64,000 bases of DNA from Rhynchobatus australiae (GCA_034780895.1 JAUZTB010000087.1:29593259-29657258); one strand, 5' to 3'. Shown: positions 39,101 through 48,279, counted from the first letter of the stretch. A program made the numbers and translations. The notes: generated by a model not told the origin, from the letters alone.

Positions 39101-42100
39101 TCATACCAATGCTGTACAAATAGGTAAATTAGAAGCAGAAATGAACCACTTGGTCCCTCAAGCCAGTGTTCCAGATTTGGTCTTATCTATGGTCTTATGT
39201 AACCGACACAAAATTTCCCTGTGTATTATCAATTCCTCTAGCAATAAACAATAACAATATTTGACATTCTAATTAATGTACCTACATGAGCCATTAGCAG
39301 ATCACATATATTCCTCTTTTTCAGAGCTGATATCTTTCACAATTTTCTATAATGAGCTTTACTTAAAAAAGTCCTGTCAAAATTAATTTCACATTCACCT
39401 AGATTATACTCCATTTGCTCAATCTTTGCTAATTTAATTTACCCATATTCCTTCTTCATCTTTTGTTATTTTCTGAAATCATCCTCATAACATACTTCAC
39501 GACCCATCTTTGCATCATTAGCAAATTTAGCACTCAGTGCCCTCTTCCAAAATATTTATACAGATTGTAAAAGGTTGAGGGCATGGCACCAATCCTTGTA
39601 GTATACCACTTGTTACATCTTGTCCACCAGATGACCTATTTATGCCTACTGTTAGCAAGTCAATCTATCCACACAGATACGGTACCCCTTCCACAAAGAG
39701 CTTCTATTTTTTTTTGCAGTAATCTTTGATGCAAAACCTTATCAAATGCTTCTAAAAATCTTAGTGTATCCATCTGTTCTCCTTTATCCACAGCACGTTA
39801 CTCTTCAAAGAATTTTTCCCATTGATGCTGCCCAAATTCTTTCAGCATTTCATGTTACTTCAGATTTCAAGCAGACAGCAATTTACTTGCATCAAAAGGT
39901 TATAAAAAAAAGAGTGAATGTTAATTAGCATGCACTATGAACACTGTTCATTTTGTAGAATTCAAGCAATCGACTAAATGCATGAAAATTGATGCTCAAG
40001 TTAAAAATCAAGTTTCTGAAAATGTAATCATAAACATGCAAAAGGAAAGCAAATTGCTATGCAAAGGAGTTAAGCTTGAATGTACATAAATTCCTCATTC
40101 CAGTGTTTTGATCTATTTTTAAAAACAGGCTCACTGGCATTATTTTCTGTCAGATTGTGTTAGTCTGTATTTTACAATTAGACTAGATTTAGTCTTATTT
40201 TGTTCAGTAAAATTAACATTTCATTTAAAGCTGTAAACAAAGAGTAATATATTGAGACCCAAAAACATCTAAGGAGATGGGGAATAGCACAAATACTTAC
40301 CATACATGCCTCCATTAAAGCTGTATGCATCTCATCAGTTTTGTGTTCCTGATCAGCACCAGCATCAAGAAGAAACCGCACCATTTCCAAATGACCTGTA
40401 TGATACATCGCGTAGTTAGAATTAAAAATGTACTCTAACCTTGTAAAACTATTAAAATTGCTTTCATTTAAAATGGTAGAAACAACATGTTTAATTTTCT
40501 ATTTTTCAGACTGAAGTCCTCAACTTTTTGTCACAGAAGATAGTGCAGTCATGTACTGCCCTCGCAATATTCTACAATAAGCCCTGTGTATAAAAGTTTC
40601 TTTTTGAAGGTTCTCTTAGTTTTTCCTTGCTTCAGTTTTGAGGATGAAGGGGGTTAGGGAAAAATTGATGCATGGGTTAGTGAAAAGTTTATACTGTGGT
40701 ATTATAAGACGAAGCGATAGTGTATAATAACACAAGACTTTAACTTGGATCCTTAAATTAATTACAAGTGCAGCTTTTCACTTATTATAATAAAAATTCT
40801 GCACCAATGCTAAATTCACTGAAAATGCACCGACTATTTTATCACATTACAATTGCTTGCTAACAAAGAGGTCTTGTCTGATTCCTTATATGGCTGTAAA
40901 TCATTTATTATTCTAGAAACTGATTCAATGTTTTTATTTGGAAATGAAGATCTGAACAAAAGCCAAAACGATTTTCCGGTTTTAAAATGCATATTTTCTG
41001 TTACATCATGGTCATCGTTAAAGATTAGTTATCATACCTTTGTAACATGCCAGTGTAAGTGCACTTTCCTTGAACTCATTTGAATGAGTATTGATTCCAG
41101 CGCCATATTCTAAAAGCACCCGAGCAACTTCAACATGGCCAGCACTTGCTGCTTCCATCAGAGGTGTATGACCATTTTCATTGTGATCCTCAATATTGGC
41201 TCCCGCTTTCAGAAGTACTTTTACAACATCAACAAACCCTCCTGCACAGGCATATGTGAGTGCTGTGTTTCCTGAGGAATTTTAAAAAGCAGTAAAAATA
41301 TAAACTAAGATAAGAAATCTTTACAAACAAAGCAAAGCTAGATAGCCAGGTATCACTTCTACTTACCTGTGGAAGATTGAGCATTCACATCAGCGTCATG
41401 GGCCAACAGTAATTTTACTATGTCTACATAGCCTCCACTGGCAGCTGCCATCAATGGGGTTATATCTCCCTTGATGCCCCGATCTTCAACATTTGCATGC
41501 ACAGCTAGCAGAACCTAAATAATTAAGTTGTTAAATTAATAGAAATCAAAAAGGTAGACCCAAGTATTCAATTGCAAAATTCCAAGTTTCAGTTTGGAAC
41601 TGAAATTTAAAGGGCATACTGTTACAGGCTCCTGATCCCTAATATATAAAATTGGAGAAGGAACAGGCAAAGGCAATGAAGGTAAATTGGAAGCAGGAGT
41701 AGATCACTGTGCGCTACGTAACCATTTAATGAGATCACAGCCGACATGTGACCTACTCACTTTCAACTACAATGCCTTGACATTTTTGATTAACAAAAAC
41801 ATCTCTTGGATAAAAAATTAATAATCAGCCTAAGTCAATTACCATCTGTAGAAGAGTTTCCAACTTGACATCTTTCCTGAAAGTCTTAAAATGACGAATC
41901 AGGCCTTTGTCCCCAAGTCCTAGATTCCAACTATCAGAAATGGTCAAGTCCCTTGCTAACTTCCCAAATTAAAGTGAACATGATTATAGTTCACAAGTTT
42001 ATTTCAAATTATAATTTGTCATATTATATCCCAAACCAATAAATTTAAGTACAAATTGAGATGTAGATGTACTATGGTACAGATACAATTTTCAACTTTT

Positions 42101-45100
42101 TGGAAGCAATGCAATTCTCTCTCTATACAAAAACAATCTTCCGTGGTTTTATATAACAAATACAGGAGTTAAATCTTGCTAATGTGTGTAGAAGAAAGGT
42201 TTTCCATGGTTCGTACTTAATTTTTTCACAAGTCTTCTGATTGCAATGAGCCCAAGCCCATTACTTTCATTGGCATAGAAAATATTTGTTCCCAAAACCA
42301 ATCATATCTTAGTTCCTAAGAATCAGTCAGGAGATATACAAAAAGGAAACAGGCCCTTTGGCCCACCAAGTCCATGCCAACCATCAACCACACATTTACA
42401 CTAATCCTACATCAATCCTAGTTTTTATTTTCCATGTATTCTCATCAAATACCCCAAAATTCTGCCAGTTACTCAGTTAGGAAATTTACAGTGGTCAATT
42501 AGCCTACCAACCTGCATGTCTTTGAGGTATAGAAGGAAACCAGAGTACCCAGATGAAACCTACATCGTCACAGGAAGAACATGCAAACTCCACACAGTGG
42601 GCACCCAAGGTCAGATTGGACCCAGGTCTCTGGCATTATGGGGCAGGAGTTCTATTAGCTGTGCCACTTGTGCCACCCTGTTAAGTACAGGGTCATCCAG
42701 CACTTGAACTGCTCACCAAAATGCTTTTACCTTCTGTTCAGTGCAACCATTTTATCTCCACCAACATAGTCTCCATCTCCCACTTGAATTGCATTGGTCC
42801 TGCAGCAGTCATAGTCAGGTTTTGGCTTGACTTTTCGGGTGATCATCCCATACTCAAACAAATCATCTCTTCTTCCAAAATGCACCTACTGACTTCATGA
42901 CAATATATCTGTCCCTTAGCCTTTATTTAACCTCCAACTTAAATAATTTCATCCTTAGCAATTTTATCTCACATTTTAACCACCTTACAAAGACTGATTT
43001 CTCTAAATGTTTTCTACCTGAGTCCAACTTTCCACATTAATTATCTGACCCACCTTTCATCAAATATAATGCAATATTTGGCAAAATTATAGGAAGTGTT
43101 TGAAAGAAAACTTCATTTGTCATCAAGCTATCTCTCAAAAGTATAAGTGATCAGAAAGCTATTAACAAAAAAAAAGAATGATTTGCATTATCTGGATTTA
43201 TCAAAATTAACTGACTACTAACCCAAATGCAAATTTAAGTGGAAGCAATAGTGCAAGATGTTCACAAAGCATAACTTTTGCTTTCGGAGCAGCTTCTCAT
43301 TTAGCAACACCCATCCCACCCAAGTTACATTTTTAGATTTTTTTCAAGTTTCAATCTGGAGGCTTTATAGTTGAAACACAATTAGAGGGATAGGCAAACA
43401 GATCAGGTCACAAATCAGGTTTCTATCTCCATAAACCTAAATCAACAACAACATAATCAAGAACTGCTTTAGGTGAAAAAAAATCTTTATACGTTCCATA
43501 TATAGGGAAAAAACTGCATTAATCTGGCACATTTGGGACACTGGTGGTGCCAGACGAGCAGCTTTGCACTGTTAGATATTATTCCTAATAATATTCCAAC
43601 TCAATTTTGATTCTTTTTCTAAAAAAAATAGAAAAATAATCAATTTTCCAGTGAACCAGGTGAATTTCCAAAGGAGCAGAGAAACTAGCACGAATGGGAT
43701 CATGGGAACCAGCACCCAGTGAGCCAGATGCCAAACCATCAAGACTGCTAAATAGATAGGCAGCAGATAATTAGAGTTTCACTATACAAGGGAAAGGACA
43801 AATTTTAAGGCATGATAATTCTTGTTTAATTTTCATAAAAATTATTTAATATTATTAATTAATCCACTGATTGCAATTCAGGCTCAGCTCCATTTCTCCC
43901 CCTCTTACTCACCAAGGTAATAAACAGAACAACAATATCAACATTTTTATATTTTAGTTGCTTACACTTCAGATTCAACAGGATAATTGATAAATGAAAA
44001 TGCTAGAACATTTAAAACATAAGTAACAAACTCAAATAAGCCAAAGAAAGCTATGTTGTGTGAATCCTAAATCACTGGTGTCATTTAGCAAAACTTAAAT
44101 GCGTACAACCCCCATGTTATGGGGGGGGGGGGGGGTTGCATTCCAAGAGAATGGGCCACATTGCAATTTTCGGTAACGCAAAGCTGCATCACATATGCGT
44201 GCGACAGAAAACACAAGTTGAAAAAAATTATGTTGATTTATTTACTTTTTTGTCCACAAATTCCACAAGAACAAATTTTATTTCGCATCTCAAAATTTCT
44301 GGGTAGCGACTTGTGAATTCTGTAAGGGCAAATTTCCATATCCTGAAGGGTCGTGATGTGGCGGTTGCCTATATATTCTTTCTATCAGGTTGGCTTTTCC
44401 ACAAGCAAAATTCATCAACTACATATTAAACATGCTCTCCAATAATACGATATCTGTGACTGTATCATTTTAGGTTTAGATGTCAACTGATAATAATTAC
44501 CATGGAAGTAGAAAAACAAAAACTATGTAAAGCTAATTGCAATCTCATTAGGTTCCCAAATTACTTCTGCATAAATGTGGCCAAACAATTCATTTTTGTT
44601 ACTTAACAACTCAACATCACAGAAATAAAAAAAAAGTAGAAATCCTAAAAATGTGAACTGCAATGTAATACAAAATACAGGATGTTGAAGTACATTTATT
44701 TTCACTCATGTATATTATTATTACTTACTTGTGCAAGTTCATAGTAACCAGCTGAGCATGCCAAACACAGCAAACTCTCACCCTCTTCTGTATGCTCATT
44801 TACACTTCGACCTTCATCCAGCAGTTTTCGGACAGCATTTACATCTCCATCTGAGCATGCTTCTGCCAAGCTTCGGCTAACAACAAAAATAAATTAATTC
44901 TTTTACAGAAAAACAGATTTTATTGAAACTTTATATACTGCTGTATGAATTTATTCCTGAATTCCAATCAAGGCTGAGCCAAAACCCTACTATTGATCTT
45001 TCAATACTTTCATATGAAATTTCACTTTTGATCACAGATGCCAGGAGGTTTTCTGTATGCTCGAGTTGGCATACTATAAACTGATGAAAATATATCAATT

Positions 45101-47091
45101 AGAAAATTTATCAGATTAAAAGTTTTGAATGCAAATATTTTCCACACAGAAAGGCAACAAAGTCTGTCAGAGAATAGGGATGAATTGGTGTTTATCTATA
45201 ACATCTTCAACAATGATCTTTGGCAGGTTATGGCCTTGACTCTACAGCAGCCTCATTTGCAAAAGCACATCAACAGTAACCCCAAAAAACAAGGGTCAAG
45301 ATCTAGACCAGGGAATTGGCACAATGACACTAAGTTGGTCCTACAAGTTACAACTTACAAGATGAAAACTGATGAAGGGCAATAACTTGATATTAATTTC
45401 ATTCATGCATGAAAAGCATTTCTTATAACAGAAACATCTCAGTTATCTTTGTTTCCTGGTTTGTACTTCATGACAGTTCGCTGAGAAAAGTAGCAGGTAG
45501 TTAGTGCTGGAACAGGGCAAAAGATTTAGGGAAGCTCTGCAAAGTTCTCTTATCACATGGGGTATCAGAACTTAACCTGCACTTCAGAAACAATTCCTGA
45601 ATTCCTTAACTGTTACAACTTTTAGTTAATGGTGAATTAATTATATTCTGCTTTATTATTTGCTCTAAAGATTATACAGACAGATTGAGCCATTTTTTCT
45701 TGAATCTTTGCTCTCACCTGCATATCATGAGATGTCAGGAAAGTCATATATCATGCACACTTAATATCTAAAGTCCAATTTTTTTCTGCACCTCCATTAG
45801 AGGTGGAATTATTTGTATTGTAAATTGGTATTTCAAAAATGTCATTTATCCTTTAACAGCCAGGCATAGGGTCAAATCCACATCTTGCCCGACAATGTCC
45901 TTCTAAAGCATGCACCCATTTTCAAAATGAGTTGATGTTCATACTGTTGCCAACCCACTCAATATCCCATGTACTCAAAAAATGTGGATTAAAAAGCAAG
46001 CCTTTCCATTTTTAACCCAAATATGTCGTCGATAACTGGCTGAAATATTAGGTATTGATAAAGTTATTTGAAAGCTAGTTTTTAAAAAACTGGAAAGTAA
46101 ATTGTAGAAAAAAAAATCAAGCAGGAATAAAGTAACATTTTGACTTTAAAATAAGCAGAACACAGATAAAGGAATAAGGCAAAGAAAAAGTTGGAATGGC
46201 CAAGGAAACTTCATAAATTTAAATTTATCAAATTTATTGATCCCTCAAAAGTTGGTTTAAAATAAGACTAATCATGACATTAGAACAATAACAATATTTT
46301 AATGTAGTATGATTCAGCATTAATGTTCAAGTTGACTAGACAGCCAAATGTTTTCTAAAATAATCAATTTTTGCTGATTATGTGGGTAGCACAAGGCTTC
46401 ATACTCATGCAAGTTTATTTATATTGTATATACACAGACCCCTACTGAAATGTACATTTATCAAAAATACTCCCAGGTTCTTCAAGCCACGCAATGACTA
46501 CTTTACAAAATTAGAGTCGAACAGAAAGCTACACATGAAGACCACACCAAAAAAGAAACAGGTGTAATTATTTCTATGTCACAGAAAATAATGCTAATGT
46601 GCAGTAAAATTGAAAGTTAATTTATTCTATTAACACAAACTAATGGAAGGAATCAGTCAATACATGCCCCAAGAAAAAGGTACAGGCATCCAAACTNNNN
46701 NNNNNNNNNNNNNNNNNNNNNNNNNNNNNNNNNNNNNNNNNNNNNNNNNNNNNNNNNNNNNNNNNNNNNNNNNNNNNNNNNNNNNNNNNNNNNNNNAGGG
46801 ACAGGCATCCAAACTCCCAAGCAGTAAAATCAGTTTTATGACATTGCAGCTCCTTACTTTAATCATTTCTATTCTGTTAAACAAAGTTTCCTTCTACCTC
46901 TACCCATTCCCCACAAAATTAAGAAGGCACATACTTGTCTGCTTGTCCTGCATTTAGAGTGTTCTCTGCTCTCATCCGGGTCAAGGCAGCAGCAGCTTCA
47001 TCCAACGCACAGCTAACAGAAGAAGTCAGTCTTCGAAGTACTTCAGGATCTGCGAAGGCTTTACCATCAGCAGTGGATAATTTACCAATTC
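1..47091 (-). CDS. ANKHD1: ANKHD1 (MASK1), multi-exon, partial (exons 3-26 equivalent; continues beyond position 1)
   Basis: The spliced translation runs GIGKLSTADGKAFADPEVLRR... to ...VPIEPPSATTTTTIGIS, with all exon phases consistent. Motifs RKLLDEGRS, NRATANNDHTVVS, GTSKQKSS, LECIVEETEGKL, GRAEVVS, GHFDVVQ and KDQQAAEANKNASILLKELDLEK match ANKHD1 better than the paralog ANKRD17 (comparison from memory). Confidence 0.93.
224..389 (-). CDS. ANKHD1: ANKHD1 exon 25 equivalent (166 nt): SREESRKLALAAKREKRKEKRKKKKEEQKRKQ...PEKDRFE; ends at a GC donor
   Basis: atag|TCG acceptor; AAG|gcaagc donor gives the required phase 1; read-through meets TGA at 210-212. Confidence 0.88.
774..890 (-). CDS. ANKHD1: ANKHD1 exon 24 equivalent (117 nt): ELLKKCHQCMETIVKAKDQQAAEANKNASILLKELDLEK
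   Basis: ctag|GAG acceptor, AAG|gtagga donor. Confidence 0.95.
998..1067 (+). mobile_element. 3' tail fragment of a SINE (same family as 11960-12185)
   Basis: gggtttaaaatgg...ggact..ttg..ggaagggc...ttaccac.ctg.aaataaaatt is shared with 12110-12180. Confidence 0.7.
1627..2414. repeat. Degenerate long inverted repeat / fold-back element
   Basis: 1627-1747 aligns to the reverse complement of 2294-2414, and 1830-1960 to that of 2165-2290 (about 60-70% by eye). Confidence 0.75.
2429..3048. other. 620-N assembly gap, probably containing ANKHD1 exon 23
   Basis: The expected GHVKVV...YIATITDK exon is not found in called bases between 891 and 4084. Confidence 0.65.
4085..4247 (-). CDS. ANKHD1: ANKHD1 exon 22 equivalent (163 nt): GAHIDVRNKKGNTPLWLAANGGHFDVVQLLVQAGADVDAADNRKITPLMAAFRK
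   Basis: acag|AGGG acceptor, AAG|gtaact donor. Confidence 0.95.
4479..4654 (-). CDS. ANKHD1: ANKHD1 exon 21 equivalent (176 nt): TGLTPLMEAASGGYAEVGRVLLDKGADVNAPPVPSSRDTALTIAADKGHYKFCELLIN
   Basis: ttag|ACT acceptor, CAG|gtattc donor. Confidence 0.95.
5700..5885 (-). mobile_element. V-SINE/HE1-type tRNA-derived SINE, degraded
   Basis: Reverse complement of the V-domain: ggaaacaggagcacctg...ggagaacatgcagactccacac. Confidence 0.7.
6863..7175 (-). CDS. ANKHD1: ANKHD1 exon 20 equivalent (interrupted by 100-N gap): TGSKLGISPLML[A]AMNGHVASVKLLLDMGSDINAQIETNRNTALTLACFQGRAEVVSLLLDRKANVEHRAK
   Basis: gcag|GACT acceptor, AAG|gtgatc donor; gap 7038-7137 lies inside the exon. Confidence 0.93.
7880..8022 (-). 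CDS. ANKHD1: ANKHD1 exon 19 equivalent (143 nt): VVELLLARGANKEHRNVSDYTPLSLAASGGYVNIIKILLNAGAEINS
   Basis: taag|GTA acceptor, CAG|gtacta donor. Confidence 0.95.
8449..8594 (-). CDS. ANKHD1: ANKHD1 exon 18 equivalent (146 nt): GFTPLILAATAGHVGVVEILLDKGADIEAQSERTKDTPLSLACSGGRQE
   Basis: ttag|GTTTT acceptor, GAG|gtaaga donor. Confidence 0.95.
8775..9040 (+). mobile_element. CR1/HER1-type LINE 3' end fragment
   Basis: aaatttaaaaggagattt...ggtgcctggaat...gaggcatttagacagacatgaacaggcagggaatag. Confidence 0.7.
9648..9759 (-). CDS. ANKHD1: ANKHD1 exon 17 equivalent (112 nt): TESNHDTALTLACAGGHEELVSVLIARGANIEHRDKK
   Basis: ttag|ACG acceptor, AAG|gtacac donor. Confidence 0.95.
10011..10159 (-). CDS. ANKHD1: ANKHD1 exon 16 equivalent (149 nt; 146 nt with distal AG): AVSNRMPSGPNASSH...MLPLYPSVEIDAQ
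   Basis: gcag|CAG|TG tandem acceptor, CAA|gtaagt donor; YPSVEIDAQ motif. Confidence 0.92.
11000..11780 (+). mobile_element. Degraded Penelope-like element fragment
   Basis: Resembles 22506-23572; GIY-YIG-like remnant near 11290-11330; boundaries approximate. Confidence 0.5.
11960..12185 (+). mobile_element. V-SINE/HE1-type tRNA-derived SINE
   Basis: gtggttagc (A-box-like), gttcaattcc (B-box), V-domain ggagtttgtacattctccc...gggtgctctggtttcctcccacattccaaagac. Confidence 0.85.
13100..13400 (-). mobile_element. Old elasmobranch SINE, degraded (family shared with 22255-22495 and 30355-30500)
   Basis: Reverse complement resembles the gaatttaaat...tttactaacatct...ggaaattc...gtgactccaaatcca core. 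Confidence 0.5.
17725..18465 (-). CDS. ANKHD1: ANKHD1 exon 15 equivalent (741 nt, symmetric phase 1-1): GTSKQKSS...LECIVEETEGKL...TLTDTLDDIMA; coiled-coil/Q-rich linker between ankyrin clusters
   Basis: ttag|GTACA acceptor, CAG|gtgggt donor; within ORF 17672..18499. Confidence 0.95.
19453..19497 (-). CDS. Candidate alternative cassette exon of ANKHD1 (45 nt, phase 1-1): VVLRQHVTRLHPLGL
   Basis: Branch point CCTAAC (A at -24), pyrimidine tract, gagcag| acceptor and TTG|gtgcgt donor. Open in the host frame, with CpG-rich flanks. No transcript evidence available. Confidence 0.5.
22255..22495 (+). mobile_element. Old elasmobranch SINE, degraded
   Basis: ggaatttaaattcaag...aaagctagcctcaata...aaaaaccatctggttgactcatgtccttcaagaaag core. 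Confidence 0.6.
22506..23572 (+). mobile_element. Penelope-like retroelement fragment (GIY-YIG endonuclease remnant plus terminal repeat), gap inside
   Basis: Remnant translations RQKCNTCPYTS, FQVRQSFTCK and HCIQYSHCSLLYIRET (Cys/GIY-YIG pattern); terminal gaagggtctc...gatgctgcctgacttgctgaattcctccagca. Confidence 0.8.
25340..25524 (-). mobile_element. Ancient LINE reverse-transcriptase relic, copy 1
   Basis: Minus frame QLYGDNSGLYLKVESS*LSNEDLDKAID...LYLNVCKIK resembles the YADD-xx-LY...DL...LN.K region of L2/CR1 RT. Confidence 0.5.
26300..26478 (-). mobile_element. Ancient LINE reverse-transcriptase relic, copy 2
   Basis: Minus frame LFGDDSGLYSEVESSL*SNEDLDKAIN; 110/136 nt identical to copy 1 with no indels. 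Confidence 0.5.
27109..27211 (-). CDS. ANKHD1: ANKHD1 exon 14 equivalent (103 nt): APRVPVQALAMVVPPQEPDQSPANVGTTLSVINK
   Basis: ccag|GCT acceptor, AAG|gtgagt donor; LAMVVPPQEPD motif. Confidence 0.93.
27335..27760 (-). mobile_element. Degraded CR1-type LINE 3' fragment
   Basis: Reverse complement resembles a CR1 ORF2 end/3'UTR; boundaries approximate. Confidence 0.5.
28900..29510 (+). mobile_element. Degraded CR1-type LINE 3' fragment
   Basis: gacatgttggcttttgttacaaaggaattggaatatag...gttttggtctcctta...gggagtcaagggatatg. Confidence 0.65.
29882..30025 (-). CDS. ANKHD1: ANKHD1 exon 13 equivalent (144 nt): DGSTMLIEAAKGGHTNVVSYLLDYPNNILPVPGPDVAQLTPPSHDQSQ
   Basis: tcag|GAT acceptor, CAG|gtgagg donor. 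Confidence 0.95.
30142..30269 (-). CDS. ANKHD1: ANKHD1 exon 12 equivalent (128 nt): GANVNRATANNDHTVVSLACAGGHLAVVELLLAHGADPTHRLK
   Basis: tcag|GAGCA acceptor, AAG|gtattg donor. Confidence 0.95.
30355..30500 (+). mobile_element. Old SINE fragment (family of 22255-22495)
   Basis: aaaaatcccatgtttcactaatatctttcagggaag core. Confidence 0.5.
30740..30935 (-). mobile_element. V-SINE/HE1-type SINE, degraded
   Basis: tctaccagtatgcctttgggatatggaaggaaa...caaactctgcacggagagcac...aggtcaagatcaaaccc. Confidence 0.65.
31005..32640 (+). mobile_element. Degraded CR1-type LINE ORF2 fragment(s)
   Basis: ORF 31483..31893 contains FVNDAK...LHKDTDGLINWAEMWQIEFNPQKSEVIYLG (CR1 RT C-terminal pattern). Confidence 0.8.
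33334..33421 (-). CDS. ANKHD1: ANKHD1 exon 11 equivalent (88 nt): EHESEGGRTPLMKAARAGHLCTVQFLISK
   Basis: acag|GAG acceptor, AAG|gtgagc donor. Confidence 0.95.
33703..33812 (-). CDS. ANKHD1: ANKHD1 exon 10 equivalent (110 nt): GANVHATTATGDTALTYACENGHTDVADVLLQAGADL
   Basis: ctag|GAGCA acceptor, TTG|gtaata donor. Confidence 0.95.
34920..35111 (-). CDS. ANKHD1: ANKHD1 exon 9 equivalent (192 nt): GANINAQTEETQETALTLACCGGFLEVADFL...LVKYLLAA
   Basis: ttag|GAGCC acceptor, CAG|gtatgt donor. Confidence 0.95.
35150..36160 (-). mobile_element. Degraded CR1-type LINE fragments
   Basis: ORF 35598..35795 MEYKVKNCEVI resembles WQMEYNVxKCEVIH; boundaries approximate. Confidence 0.6.
37668..38340 (+). mobile_element. 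Rex1/Babar-type LINE 3' fragment
   Basis: Translates as NHLTLNISKAKEMIVDFR...VKRVSSFKFLG; follows a gap. Confidence 0.8.
38697..38934 (-). CDS. ANKHD1: ANKHD1 exon 8 equivalent (238 nt): DGHVEVARLLLDSGAQVNMPADSFESPL...EMVALLLAQ
   Basis: atag|GAT acceptor, CAGG|gtacga donor; overlaps ORF 38650..38904. Confidence 0.95.
39370..39810 (-). mobile_element. Degraded CR1-type RT fragment
   Basis: Reverse complement of tttgcatcattagcaaattt gives KFANDAK; 39725-39755 gives DF*KHLIR (DFxKAFD-like). Confidence 0.65.
40301..40395 (-). CDS. ANKHD1: ANKHD1 exon 7 equivalent (95 nt): GHLEMVRFLLDAGADQEHKTDEMHTALMEACM
   Basis: acag|GTCAT acceptor, ATG|gtaagt donor; lies within ORF 40178..40408. Confidence 0.95.
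41038..41271 (-). CDS. ANKHD1: ANKHD1 exon 6 equivalent (234 nt): GNTALTYACAGGFVDVVK...KESALTLACYK
   Basis: tcag|GAAAC acceptor, AAG|gtatga donor; ankyrin repeats. Confidence 0.95.
41367..41514 (-). CDS. ANKHD1: ANKHD1 exon 5 equivalent (148 nt): VLLAVHANVEDRGIKGDITPLMAAASGGYVDIVKLLLAHDADVNAQSST
   Basis: ttag|GTT acceptor, CAG|gtaagt donor; ankyrin repeat. Confidence 0.95.
42325..42680 (-). mobile_element. HE1/V-SINE, near full length
   Basis: ggaaacaggccctttggcccacc tail, ggaaaccagagtacccag...gaacatgcaaactccacac V-domain, tRNA head at the right end. Confidence 0.85.
43501..43786. mobile_element. Tc1/mariner-Tigger-like MITE, degraded
   Basis: Imperfect TIRs tatagggaaaaaactgcattaatctg and cagataattagagtttcactata, with TA ends. 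Confidence 0.55.
44100..44373. mobile_element. Tigger-like MITE, degraded
   Basis: Imperfect TIRs caacccccatgttatg and cgtgatgtggcggttgcctata. Confidence 0.5.
44729..44876 (-). CDS. ANKHD1: ANKHD1 exon 4 equivalent (148 nt): RSLAEACSDGDVNAVRKLLDEGRSVNEHTEEGESLLCLACSAGYYELAQ
   Basis: ttag|CCGA acceptor, CAA|gtaagt donor, phase 2->0. Confidence 0.95.
46935..47091 (-). CDS. ANKHD1: ANKHD1 exon 3 equivalent (157 nt): GIGKLSTADGKAFADPEVLRRLTSSVSCALDEAAAALTRMRAENTLNAGQAD
   Basis: aag|GAATT acceptor, GACAA|gtatgt donor, phase 1->2. Confidence 0.93.
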
Positions 47092-47116
47092 CTTTTGTTT
47101 TCGTTCACAGTTAGTA
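47092..47116 (-). promoter_or_regulatory. Atypical 3' splice site: perfect TACTAAC branch point followed by a purine-rich spacer
   Basis: Minus strand reads cctactaactgtgaacgaaaacaaaag|G; branch A at 47111 (-20). Confidence 0.8.
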
Positions 47117-47629
47117 GGAGTGTTGCAGGCGAAAAAACAAAGACACAAACACAACAGCCATACATTAAATGCAGTCCATGCACACAAGGTTAGTCTTCAA
47201 AATAATTAAGACATTCATAGCAAGTTTCATACTAAACATGCAACTTAAGGAAAAAGCTACAACACAAAATAACTTTACATTTTCAATTAAAGGATTATTT
47301 TTTCTGAATGCTTTGAAGAGATTTTCCCTTCAGGAGAAGCTATATCCAATTTTTTTTTAGACTAAAATTAACATTAAATCTTCCCTCACTTCCCTATTCA
47401 TTGATATTATCACAATGAGATATTAGACATTTCTAACTACAGATGATGACCAATATATACCATAATCCTCAACCATCAATTTCAAACAAGTGTACATGTT
47501 GCAAGTTTGATGAAAATAGAGCAAAACTGAAAAATTTGCAACAGTATTTTAATTTCAAGTAACACAAATATTCAAGACACACTTATCAGGAAGATTTACT
47601 GAATGGGGTCCGGGGATTAAATTTAACAG

Positions 47630-48085
47630 AATCCGAGAATGGTTACAGCAAGGAATGAGAAAATCTGGCTCATCAAGTCTCATGTTTTTTTTAAAAACAC
47701 AAGAGGAATTCAACTCATTCCACCCCCCAGCCTCATCCCACAGCCCTGAAAATTACATACTTATCCAGCATCCTCTCAAACATGATTGAATTGGCCTCAA
47801 CTATTATCCCAAGCACATTCTAGATCCTTACCATTCATTTTGTAAAAAACTCTTCACATCACTTTCAGCTTTTCTTGCTAATCACCTTCATGTTATAGCC
47901 CCCAAAGTCTCAACTGTTCAACCTACAGGAATGTTTCTCCAAAATTCTCTATCTACACGTCACAAGATTTTAAATACACTACCAGATACTCTCATAACCC
48001 CAGTTTCTTCAGTCTAACCACATTACTAAAATGACTCCAGGAATAAAGCACTGTAGTTAGTCTCTTCTGCACATCTCTAAAACCT
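47630..48085 (-). mobile_element. Degraded CR1-type LINE 3' fragment
   Basis: Reverse-complement similarity to a CR1 3' end; boundaries approximate. Confidence 0.5.
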
Positions 48086-48279
48086 TTACACCAAGAGCAA
48101 CATCAGAGTGATCTTTACTTCACTGTAATATTTAAGCTTTGCTGCAACCTTAACTCCAGATTTCTGACCTGACTTCCAAATTAAAATCTTGAGACCAGTT
48201 GAGATATTACAGATTGTTTAGTACACCACCTCATGGAGAATATCTGCTGAGGAAAGTGTGATTTCAAGAGTTCGGGGCC

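Noticed and set aside
1-47091. Assignment as ANKRD17
   Set aside because: A few residues (RGIKGD, APRVPVQAL) are ANKRD17-like, but most diagnostic motifs and the exon 15 sequence follow ANKHD1. Phylogeny or synteny would be decisive.
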